Source: an uncultured Acidimicrobiales bacterium (GTDB lineage: Bacteria; Actinomycetota; Acidimicrobiia; Acidimicrobiales; Iamiaceae). From it: 64,000 nt of DNA. The first letter of the stretch is position 1, and every line of letters starts with the position of its first letter. The translations under genes and the position numbers were made by a program. Where the stretch lies: contig CAVVNP010000007.1 of NCBI GenBank assembly GCA_963749745.1, positions 11,351-75,350 of the forward strand. The letters are read 5' to 3'. Positions 56,371 to 64,000 of this stretch are shown one piece after another. The notes below the pieces were generated by a model. That model worked only from the letters and a program-made list of their open reading frames with translations, was not told the origin of the DNA and did no database searches.

Positions 56371-58659
56371 ATGTCGTCCCGCGAACCTCATCCTCCGGCG
56401 GATGTCTCGAGCAACGGTGGCTCCGGGCGGTCCGAGGCCACGGCGGTTCCCGCGGGGCGGCGGTTGGAACGCCTGGCGGTCTGGTGCGTCGACCACCGTC
56501 GGCGCGTGCTCGGCATCTGGGTGCTGGCCATGGTCGTGGCCATCGGCGCCGGGTCGGCCGTCGGCAGCCAGTTCACGGACCAGTTCAGCGGCGGCAACTC
56601 CGAATCGGCCAAGGCCCAGGACCTGCTGCACGACCGGTTCCCGGCCCGGGCCGGCACCTCGGTCGACATCGTCTTCCACACCCGGCAGCCGCTGACCGAT
56701 CCCGCCGTCCAGGCCCGCGTCGCGAAGATCGGCAAGGAGGTGGCGGCCAAGCCGGGCGTCTCCGGGGTGGTGCTCCCCGACCCCGCCAACCCGGCGGCGG
56801 CGGCGCGCCTCTCCCGCGACGGCCACATCGGCTACGCCACGGTGCAGTTCAGCGCCGAGATCGGCAAGATCGACAAGCAACAGGTCCGGACCGTGGTCGA
56901 TGCTGCCCGGTCCTTCGACCGGCCCGGGTTCCAGGTCGAGCTCGGGGGGCAGGCCGTCGGCCTGGTGGAACCCCAGGACTTCGGGTCGTCGGAGGGCATC
57001 GGCCTGCTGGCGGCGGTGATCATCCTGCTCTTCGCGTTCGGGTCGCTCATCGCCATGGGCCTGCCGATCATGACCGCGGTCTTCGGCCTGGGCGTCAGCG
57101 TCGGGCTGCTCGACCTGATCAGCCACATCCTCACCGTCCCCACCTTCGCCCCCCAGATGGCGGCCATGATCGGGTTGGGCGTCGGCATCGACTACGCGCT
57201 GTTCATCGTCACCCGCCACCGCGAGACCCTCCACCGGGGCGCCGACCCTCGGGCATCAGCGGTCGTCGCGCTGTCGACCGCCGGGCGGGCCGTCGTCTTC
57301 GCCGGGTGCACCGTGGTCATCTCGTTGCTGGGCATGCTGCTGCTCGGCCTGCCGTTCATCTACGGGCTGGCGGCCGGCGCCATCGCTGCCGTCGTGCTGG
57401 TCATGCTGGGCGCCCTCACCCTGCTCCCGGCCATGCTCGGCTTCTCGGGCACCACGATCGACCGCTTCGGCATCAGCCGGTTCCTCCATCGGGGCGAGGG
57501 CGACAAGAAGACCCTGTCGTACCGGTGGAGCCGCCTGGTCCAGCACCACTCGTGGCTCTTCGCCGGCGCCGCGCTGCTGATCCTGCTGGTGATGGCCATC
57601 CCGCTCTTCTCCATGCAGCAGTCCTTCACCGACGCCGGCAACAACCCCACCTCGCTGACCACCCGTCGGGCCTACGACCTGCTGTCGCAGGGCTTCGGAC
57701 CCGGCACCAACGGGCCGCTCATCGTGGCGGTCGCGGTCCCGAAGGGCGCCGACGACCAGGTCGTCGAGCGGCTGTCGAGCAGGATCGGCTCGACGCCGGG
57801 TGTGGCCTTCGCCGCCCCGCCGCAGTTCAACCAGGCGAGGGACGCCGCCACCATCTTCGTGGTGCCCGAGACCTCGCCGCAGGATCCCGCCACCCAGACC
57901 CTGGTGCACCACATCCGGAGCGACGTGGTGCGCCCGGTCCTCGCCGGCACCGGGGTGACCGGCTACGTCGGCGGCATCACCGCGGGCTCGGTCGACGCGT
58001 CGAACCACCTGTCGACCCGGCTGCCGTACGTCATCGGTGGCGTGATCATCCTGTCGTTCCTGCTGCTGATGGCGGTGTTCCGCTCCATCGCCGTGCCCAT
58101 CAAGGCGGCGATCGTCAACCTCCTCTCGATCGGTGCCGCCTACGGCGTCATCGTCGCCGTGTTCCAGTGGGGCTGGCTCAGCTCGGTGTTCGGTGTCGCC
58201 AAGACCGGACCGATCGACCCGTGGATCCCCTTGATGCTGTTCACGATCCTGTTCGGGCTGTCCATGGACTACGAGGTGTTCCTGCTCTCACGCATCCGCG
58301 AGGAGTGGCTCCGCACCGGTGACAACGAGACCTCCGTCGCCGACGGCCTGGCCGGCACTGCCCGGGTCATCACCGCCGCCGCCGCCATCATGGTCTGCGT
58401 CTTCGGCTCCTTCGTGCTGGGCGACATCCGGGTGCTCAAGGTCTTCGGCCTCGGGCTCGCCTCCGCCGTCTTCATCGACGCCACCATCGTCCGCATGGTC
58501 CTGGTGCCCGCGACCATGGAGTTGCTGGGCGACCGCAACTGGTGGTTCCCCTCCTGGCTCGACCGCCTCGTCCCCGACCCGGGCATCGAAGGACCGCAGG
58601 GGTCGCCGACCCCACCGGCGCCGAGCCCGGAGGAGTCCCGTCAACCGGTGGGCGCCTGA
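56371..58659 (+). CDS. mmpL: MMPL family RND-type transporter
   Basis: 762 aa with two 6-TM bundles (GIDYALFIVTRHRE and GLSMDYEVFLLSRIREE). SD GAGGAG lies upstream of the ATG. Confidence 0.9.
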   Translation: MSSREPHPPADVSSNGGSGRSEATAVPAGRRLERLAVWCVDHRRRVLGIWVLAMVVAIGAGSAVGSQFTDQFSGGNSESAKAQDLLHDRFPARAGTSVDIVFHTRQPLTDPAVQARVAKIGKEVAAKPGVSGVVLPDPANPAAAARLSRDGHIGYATVQFSAEIGKIDKQQVRTVVDAARSFDRPGFQVELGGQAVGLVEPQDFGSSEGIGLLAAVIILLFAFGSLIAMGLPIMTAVFGLGVSVGLLDLISHILTVPTFAPQMAAMIGLGVGIDYALFIVTRHRETLHRGADPRASAVVALSTAGRAVVFAGCTVVISLLGMLLLGLPFIYGLAAGAIAAVVLVMLGALTLLPAMLGFSGTTIDRFGISRFLHRGEGDKKTLSYRWSRLVQHHSWLFAGAALLILLVMAIPLFSMQQSFTDAGNNPTSLTTRRAYDLLSQGFGPGTNGPLIVAVAVPKGADDQVVERLSSRIGSTPGVAFAAPPQFNQARDAATIFVVPETSPQDPATQTLVHHIRSDVVRPVLAGTGVTGYVGGITAGSVDASNHLSTRLPYVIGGVIILSFLLLMAVFRSIAVPIKAAIVNLLSIGAAYGVIVAVFQWGWLSSVFGVAKTGPIDPWIPLMLFTILFGLSMDYEVFLLSRIREEWLRTGDNETSVADGLAGTARVITAAAAIMVCVFGSFVLGDIRVLKVFGLGLASAVFIDATIVRMVLVPATMELLGDRNWWFPSWLDRLVPDPGIEGPQGSPTPPAPSPEESRQPVGA

Positions 58660-58676
58660 GGCACCTGCGCTCCCGC

Positions 58677-59189
58677 TCAGTCGTGGCTGAGGGTGTCCAC
58701 CGCCACCGTCACGGCCAGGGCCAGCACGACGTCGATGTCACGCACCACCTGCACGCCGTAGGTGTCGCGGACCCGGAACCACTTCTTGGATATGCGGGCG
58801 ACGCACTCGCCGTCGGACTCGATCTCGTACTCGTGGTCGAGGATGTTGCCGTGGACCTTGAGATCGGGAGCGTCCTCGACCTCGACGTGGTAGCGCTCTC
58901 GCAACCCGACCAGGGCCTTCTTCACCATGGCCGAGCGCTCGACGAGATCGATCTTCATCGAGTCTCGGACCCGGAGCTTGCGCTCCTTGATCTTGGCCAC
59001 GTCGTGGCCGTGCGGGTCCTTGATGATGAACGTGTCGCGCACGCGCACGGCCTTGCCGTCGACCCGGTAGCAGTGCTGGCCGTTGCCGTCCTCGATCCAG
59101 TAGTCGTCACCGATCGAGAGCAACCGCTGGCGCATCATGAACCGGCTCTCGGGTGGATCATCGTGCCGATGGTGCCGCAGGAGAGCCAT
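58677..59189 (-). CDS. LURP-one-related (DUF567, tubby C-terminal-like) family protein
   Basis: RQRLLSIGDDYWIEDGNG...VDGKAVRVRDTFIIKD...SKKWFRVRDTYGVQV. The start may be the internal MM at ~59138. Confidence 0.8.
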   Translation of the reverse strand: MALLRHHRHDDPPESRFMMRQRLLSIGDDYWIEDGNGQHCYRVDGKAVRVRDTFIIKDPHGHDVAKIKERKLRVRDSMKIDLVERSAMVKKALVGLRERYHVEVEDAPDLKVHGNILDHEYEIESDGECVARISKKWFRVRDTYGVQVVRDIDVVLALAVTVAVDTLSHD

Positions 59190-59309
59190 GCCCCCAAGCT
59201 TCCCCGCGGCTCGCCGCCCGACGCATCACCCCGAGCGGGTTACCTGCCGTCTGGTCGTAGCGGACACGTGGGCGGCCGAGTGGTGGCCGTAGCGGGCGAG
59301 CGCGTGCTG

Positions 59310-59594
59310 TCAGTCATGTGACGGGTGTCCGTTGGGTTCGTGCCCGTTGCGGGCTTGTCCGTTCCGGCGCCGTTCGCCCCGGAGGGCCGTTCGGGTCTCA
59401 CGCTCGGCGAGCACCAGCCGGAAGGTCTGGATCGGTGCCTCGCGTGTCGCCTCGAGGCACTCGCGGAGCTGCGCCTCGATCCCGGCACGCGGAACGGCGG
59501 GCATGTCCGCGCTCAGGCGGGTGACGACGGCATCGATGAGCCGCTGGTCGATGGCCCCGGTCGAAGCCGATCCCGGGTCACGGGCCGAGGTCAT
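59310..59594 (-). CDS. hypothetical protein, resembles the three-helix-bundle dimerisation domain found N-terminal to some arsenate reductase/PTPase-like proteins
   Basis: 94 aa: IDQRLIDAVVTRLSADMPAVPRAGIEAQLRECLEATREAPIQTFRLVLAERETRTAL. The family assignment is from memory only. Confidence 0.5.
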   Translation of the reverse strand: MTSARDPGSASTGAIDQRLIDAVVTRLSADMPAVPRAGIEAQLRECLEATREAPIQTFRLVLAERETRTALRGERRRNGQARNGHEPNGHPSHD

Positions 59595-59621
59595 CGCACC
59601 TGGGACCGGTCAGTGGTCCGG

Positions 59622-60110
59622 TCAATCCTCACCGAAGGCTTCGCGGAGCTTGGCTTCCTGCTCGTCGGTGAGGTTGGCGTGGATCAGGCTCATGTGATCG
59701 TCGGCAAATGCCTCGCGCACCTTGTCGATGACGGCGTCGGAGGTCATGACGAAGAGGCCGGAGGTTCCCGGGGTGATCTCGGATCGGACCTGGTTGATGA
59801 AGTCGTCGTCGATGCCGACGTCGGTCATGGACCCGGCGAGCGCACCCATCGCCGCGCCGACGGCCATGCCGAGCAACGGGATGAAGAACAGCAGGCCGAA
59901 CAGCAGGCCCCAGAACGAGCCGCCCAGTGCCATGGCCCCAGAGGTGCTGTGCAGCTGCTTGGTCTTCGGCTTCTTGGCCCCGGCCGGCCAGGAGACGGTC
60001 GCGGCGTCGAGGACCGTGATCAACTCCTGCTTCTGCAGGGCGAGGAGCTTGGTCTCGGCCCGGGCGGCGCCGTCGACGGAGTCGAACTTCCAGACGGTGA
60101 ACGTGGCCAT
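59622..60110 (-). CDS. DUF1269 domain membrane protein
   Basis: MATFTVWKFD...VSWPAGAKKPKTKQL...FWGLLFGLLFFIPLLGMAVGAAMGALAG...GIDDDFINQVR. Strong SD (GAAGGAGG). Confidence 0.82.
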   Translation of the reverse strand: MATFTVWKFDSVDGAARAETKLLALQKQELITVLDAATVSWPAGAKKPKTKQLHSTSGAMALGGSFWGLLFGLLFFIPLLGMAVGAAMGALAGSMTDVGIDDDFINQVRSEITPGTSGLFVMTSDAVIDKVREAFADDHMSLIHANLTDEQEAKLREAFGED

Positions 60111-60248
60111 CAGGCCTCCTTCGAGGTGACACCGGAGGAGCCGGCGCTGGTGTCGGACGGCTGGGACGAGCGCGCGCGGCGCCGAGCAGCCGTGCCCGAA
60201 GCCTCGCTCCGGCCCGCCCCCGCTGCATCACCCGGAGCGGGTGAACGG

Positions 60249-60596
60249 TCAGCTCGCCGGCGCCGACTCGATCCGCCGCATCGACGTGAGCTCGAGGCCG
60301 AGCCCGGCGAGCCGGTCGAGCGTCGCCCGCAGCGCAGACTGGTCGACGATCCAGCGGCGCATCCGGGTGCACTGCCGGTCCGACCTGATCACCTCCAGGC
60401 CCTCGATGACCATGCCCAACCCGGGGCCCAGTCGTCCGTGGACCTCGAACTCGTACAACTGCGAGGACACCGTCACATCGTCCCGGGAACCATCGCCGAA
60501 GGGATCATCCGCTGAGGGTGACTCCGGCGCGCTCTCCGACAGGGCCTGGGTAGAAGGGACGCGGGTACACTCCCGCACGCGGGGGCCACTACCCAT
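60249..60596 (-). CDS. hypothetical protein (small actinobacterial domain with YEFEVHG...DQSAL...L..LGLEL signature)
   Basis: 115 aa with a disordered N-terminus. The conserved-looking core is LYEFEVHGRLGPGLGMVIEGLEVI...IVDQSALRATLDRLAGLGLELTSMRRI. The start is uncertain. Confidence 0.5.
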   Translation of the reverse strand: MGSGPRVRECTRVPSTQALSESAPESPSADDPFGDGSRDDVTVSSQLYEFEVHGRLGPGLGMVIEGLEVIRSDRQCTRMRRWIVDQSALRATLDRLAGLGLELTSMRRIESAPAS

Positions 60597-60619
60597 CGGG
60601 CAAAGGTGAAACAGACTCC

Positions 60620-63253
60620 TTGAAGGGCGTAGAGCACAGCAGTCTGGCCGGCCCGGTCGTCCCCGAGTTCGCCATGGAGCGGCCCCGGCTGCTGGACCGG
60701 TTCGGCGCCGCGCTGGACCATCGCCTCACCCTCGTCAGCGCTCCGACCGGGTTCGGCAAGTCCGTCCTGGCCGCCCAGTGGGCGGCGTCCTTCGACGCCG
60801 CGCCGCTGGGGTGGCTCACCCTCGACGACACCGACAACGACGCCCGCCGCCTGGCCAACAACCTGCTGGGTGTGCTCGGGACCGGTGAACCGGGCTTCGG
60901 CACGACGAGCCTCGACCGGGTCGCGGCCGGCGCCGACGGCTTCGGGCGTGCGTTCATCACGGAGTTGCTCGACGAGCTGCGGTTCCGCTCCCCGGTGGTC
61001 GTCGTGCTCGACGATCTGGAGGCGATCAAGCGGCCCGAGCTGGTCGCCGACCTCGTCACCCTCTTCGACCAGGCGCCGCCGACGCTCCACGTCGTTGCCC
61101 TGACGAGGGCCGATCCCCCGGTCTCACTGCACCGGTTGCGGCTCACCGGCGGCGTGGCCGAGATCCGCCAAGCCGATCTGGCCTTCGACGGTCCCGAGAC
61201 CCGTGAGCTCCTGGAACGGGTGGCGGGCCGGACGGTGACCGACGCCCAGGCCGTGGAGCTGAGGTCCCGCACCGAGGGTTGGCCGGCCGGCATCCAGATG
61301 GCGGCCATCGCCCTGCGCGAGGCGGTCGACGTCGACGCCGCCATCGAGAGCTTCAGCGGGGGCGAGCGGTCGATATCGAGCTACCTGACCGATGAGGTCC
61401 TGTCCCACCTCGAGCCGGGACGGGAGCGGTTCCTGCTGGAGACGTCGGTGCTCACCCGCATGAGCGGACCGCTCTGTGATGCGGTGACCGGCGGGACGGG
61501 CAGCTACGCCGTGCTCGACCAGCTCGAGCGCGAGGCGCTCTTCGTGAACCGGCTGGCCGGCGAGAACGGCTGGTACCGGTACCACCGGCTGTTCCGCGAG
61601 GTCCTTCGCCACCGGCTCCGCGCCGCCGAGCCCGAGGTCGAGGGCACGCTCCTGCAGCGGGCTGCGTCCTGGCACCTCGAGCGCGACGAGCTGGGTGAGG
61701 CGGCGCGCTACCTCGTCGCCGCCGAGGACTGGGACGGGGTCATCGCCCTGGCCCGCGCCCACGGTCGCAGCTACTACGAGGCGGGCCGGGCCGGGACGGT
61801 CATCGGCTGGCTGGACGCCGTCCCCGAGACGGTGCGCCGCCGGGACCCGATCGTCGGGCTGGAGCACGCCGCCCTGTCGACCATGGCCGGGAACGCGCTG
61901 GTGGCCGACTCGGACCTGACCGAGCTCGAGGCCACCCACCGCCTCTCGCCGGGGCAGCAGTTGGTCGCCGGGGTACTGCGGACCACCTGGGTGGAGGACC
62001 ACCAGGCCCCGGAGTCGGTGCTGGATCGCTGTGACGACGCCCTCCGGATCCTCTCCGATCCCCCCGACGAGGTCCCGGATCTGTTCGGGCTCACCGGCGC
62101 CGACGGTCTCCGGCTGATCGCGCACGTCAGTCGAGGGCGGGCGCTGCTGTACAGCGGATCAGCCGACGAGGCACGGCATGAGCTCGAAGCCATCGTCGGT
62201 CGGGGTGAGGAGGGGAACCTGTACGGGCCGTGGGTCGTCAACGCGCTGGGCACGCTGGCCCTGATCGACGCCTGGACGGGCCGGCTGCGCGACAGCGAGG
62301 AGCGCTCGGCGCGAGCCATCCGCCGCGTCAACGCCACGAGCGCCGACTCCCACCCGAGCACCGCCCACGCCCACCTGGCCATGGGTGAGGTGCTCCTCGA
62401 ACACGATGAGCTGGGCCAGGCCGACCTCGTGCTGTCCCAGGCCGGCGTGCTGGCGTCGTCGGCTCGACGCCCGATCCCCATCGCCCTGCACCACCTGCTC
62501 CGCGCTCGCCTGGCGCTGGCCCGCAAGCGGCCGGAGCGCGGCCTGGCCGAGTTCGACCGGCTGCGTGCCAGCGGCCTGCCACCGTTGCCGTCGGCCCTCG
62601 CCGACCGGGCCCTGGCGGTGGAGGTGCAGCTGCTCCTGGCGGCCGGGCAGCTCGACCGCGCCGAGCGGCTCCTCGGCCCGGCGCTCGACGATCCCCGCGG
62701 CTGGCTGTCTCCCGCCGCCGCCGCCCTGCTCGTGCACCAGGAGGACCTCGACGGTGCCCGTCAGGTCCTCGACGCCGCCGTCGACCAGGGTCACAACCAC
62801 CGGATCGATCTGGAGTGCGACCTGTGGCGTGCTGTGGTGGCCGGGCACAGCGACCCGCGGCTCGGTCAGCGGTTGCTCGCCGACGTCGTCGCCCGAGCCG
62901 AGCCCGAATGCCAGATGCGGCTCTTCCTCGACGGGGGCCGGCCCATCCAGCGGGCCCTGCGCAGCCTGTTCGACGCCGACCCGACCCCGTTCCTCCACCA
63001 GCTCGTCGACGACGAGGTCGCCTCCGCCTCCACGTGGTCGACCACGAACCAGGACCTGATCGATCCCCTCAGCGAACGCGAGCTGGTGGTGCTGGCCTAC
63101 CTGGCCACGCGCCTGGCCAACGCCGAGATCGCGGCTCAGCTCTTCGTGTCGGTCAACACCCTCAAGACCCACCTGCGCCACATCTACGCCAAGCTCGACG
63201 TCAACGGCCGCCGAGCAGCGGTGGTGGCGGCCGAGCGGGCCGGGCTGATCTGA
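60620..63253 (+). CDS. LuxR-family transcriptional regulator, LAL/MalT-like (NTPase + TPR-like repeats + C-terminal HTH)
   Basis: Walker A SAPTGFGKS and Walker B VVVLDDLE, a long helical repeat region and a LuxR HTH (SERELVVLAYLATRLANAEIAAQLFVSVNTLKTHLRHIYAKL). Start is TTG 60620 or ATG 60674. Confidence 0.88.
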   Translation: MKGVEHSSLAGPVVPEFAMERPRLLDRFGAALDHRLTLVSAPTGFGKSVLAAQWAASFDAAPLGWLTLDDTDNDARRLANNLLGVLGTGEPGFGTTSLDRVAAGADGFGRAFITELLDELRFRSPVVVVLDDLEAIKRPELVADLVTLFDQAPPTLHVVALTRADPPVSLHRLRLTGGVAEIRQADLAFDGPETRELLERVAGRTVTDAQAVELRSRTEGWPAGIQMAAIALREAVDVDAAIESFSGGERSISSYLTDEVLSHLEPGRERFLLETSVLTRMSGPLCDAVTGGTGSYAVLDQLEREALFVNRLAGENGWYRYHRLFREVLRHRLRAAEPEVEGTLLQRAASWHLERDELGEAARYLVAAEDWDGVIALARAHGRSYYEAGRAGTVIGWLDAVPETVRRRDPIVGLEHAALSTMAGNALVADSDLTELEATHRLSPGQQLVAGVLRTTWVEDHQAPESVLDRCDDALRILSDPPDEVPDLFGLTGADGLRLIAHVSRGRALLYSGSADEARHELEAIVGRGEEGNLYGPWVVNALGTLALIDAWTGRLRDSEERSARAIRRVNATSADSHPSTAHAHLAMGEVLLEHDELGQADLVLSQAGVLASSARRPIPIALHHLLRARLALARKRPERGLAEFDRLRASGLPPLPSALADRALAVEVQLLLAAGQLDRAERLLGPALDDPRGWLSPAAAALLVHQEDLDGARQVLDAAVDQGHNHRIDLECDLWRAVVAGHSDPRLGQRLLADVVARAEPECQMRLFLDGGRPIQRALRSLFDADPTPFLHQLVDDEVASASTWSTTNQDLIDPLSERELVVLAYLATRLANAEIAAQLFVSVNTLKTHLRHIYAKLDVNGRRAAVVAAERAGLI

Positions 63254-63285
63254 TCCGGCGTCACCGGGTTCCTCCTCCCGGTAAC

Positions 63286-63310
63286 CCCGCCGGGGTGATG
63301 CCCCGGCGGG
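63286..63310 (+). terminator. 10-bp GC hairpin 33 nt downstream of the LuxR-family gene
   Basis: CCCGCCGGGG-TGATG-CCCCGGCGGG. No U tract follows. Confidence 0.35.
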
Positions 63311-63468
63311 AAGGCCGCTCCTACGCTCGGCCCGATAACAGTCGCGGCCCAGCCCGATCGGTCGTGGCACCCGGCGCGAGCGCCGAGGTCGGAGGCCCAC
63401 GGGTCGGGCCGGTCCTCGACCTCGACTCCAGCAGGAGCAGGTGCCGGTGACCGGACAAGGAGCTCGCC

Positions 63469-64000
63469 ATGGCCACAGCCACCACAACGTCCCCGCCGGA
63501 GCCGATGAGCCCGGTCGATCGCGCCCTCGCAGGCAAGGACGCCCGGGCCCGGGTCCCGCGGTCGAGCCACGCCGACTGGGGGTCGACCGAGGGCCGGACG
63601 GACCCGTTGGACATCCTCGCCCGGCAGGCGACGACCCGGGTAGCGGATCTGGTGCCGATCCGTCACGGCAGGATGGCCGCCACGGCCTTCTCCTTCTACC
63701 GGGGTGCCGCCGCGGTCATGGCGTCCGACCTGGCTTCCCGGCCGAGCTCCGGTCTCGAGGTGCAGTTGTGCGGCGACGCCCACCTGTCCAACTTCGGTGG
63801 GTTCGCGTCGCCCGAGCGCTCGATGGTCTTCGACGTGAACGACTTCGACGAGACCTATCCGGGTCCCTTCGAGTGGGACGTCAAGCGCCTCGCCGCCAGC
63901 CTCGAGGTGGCCGGCCGTGCTCGCGACCTCGACACGGCGGAACGGGCCCGGGTGGTGTCCGGGACGGCGCGGTCGTACCGGAAGGCCGTCCGGTCCTTCG
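63469..64000 (+). CDS. DUF2252 domain-containing protein (3' end outside window)
   Basis: Absent from the ORF track because there is no stop in the window. AAGGAG SD then ATG 63469. RVPRSSHADW, LVPIRHGRM, FYRGAAAVMASDLA, QLCGDAHLSNFG, FDVNDFDETYPGPFEWDVKRLAAS. Confidence 0.85.
   Translation, partial: MATATTTSPPEPMSPVDRALAGKDARARVPRSSHADWGSTEGRTDPLDILARQATTRVADLVPIRHGRMAATAFSFYRGAAAVMASDLASRPSSGLEVQLCGDAHLSNFGGFASPERSMVFDVNDFDETYPGPFEWDVKRLAASLEVAGRARDLDTAERARVVSGTARSYRKAVRSF

Noticed and set aside
1-64000. Search for tRNA, rRNA, tmRNA, RNase P, transposases, integrases, phage genes or defence systems.
   Set aside because: Coding density is very high and every gap is under about 250 nt. None of the gaps shows a cloverleaf-like arrangement, and no ORF shows DDE, tyrosine or serine recombinase, Cas, restriction or toxin-antitoxin motifs. 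A tRNAscan/Infernal run would be the formal check.

Overview
Very GC-rich (about 70% or more by eye) chromosomal segment from an actinobacterium, possibly Acidimicrobiia-like (low confidence). Lineage markers are a WhiB regulator, the GlgE alpha-glucan pathway, F420-type LLM oxidoreductases, MmpL and Lgt. The content is almost entirely housekeeping. It holds a Bacillus-order ctaD-E-F-G terminal oxidase operon, a CDF metal exporter, an ABC-2 exporter pair, serS and a 4-gene compatible-solute ABC importer. These are followed by pdxH, ccdA/tlpA, a WhiB7-type regulator, pyrE, orn, dut, an rsbW/sigF-like pair and two ATP-dependent DNA ligases. There is also a 7-gene unidirectional glycogen/trehalose supercluster (glgE-treS-mak-glgB-treZ-glgX-treY) and lgt. 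A lipid-flavoured neighbourhood follows, with a single-chain BC-BCCP-CT carboxylase, an esterase, an acyl-CoA dehydrogenase and MmpL. The window ends with a LAL/LuxR regulator next to several small uncharacterised proteins. I found no rRNA, tRNA, CRISPR array, transposase, integrase or prophage signature, and all intergenic gaps are under about 250 nt. Three observations are most worth follow-up. (1) A small ORF, an antiterminator and an intrinsic terminator sit in the leader of the WhiB7-type gene. (2) A 77-bp double-hairpin element occurs as 3 tandem copies plus 1 solo copy, bracketing an F420-type LLM gene, with a compensatory base-pair change between copies. (3) There are about 20 reading-frame breaks, almost all +1 insertions, of which about 15 fall in the first 7.3 kb. 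This pattern looks more like sequence or assembly error than natural decay. Frameshift positions are by-eye estimates (about +/-5 nt). The many long Arg/Gly/Pro-rich ORFs antisense to real genes are GC artefacts.
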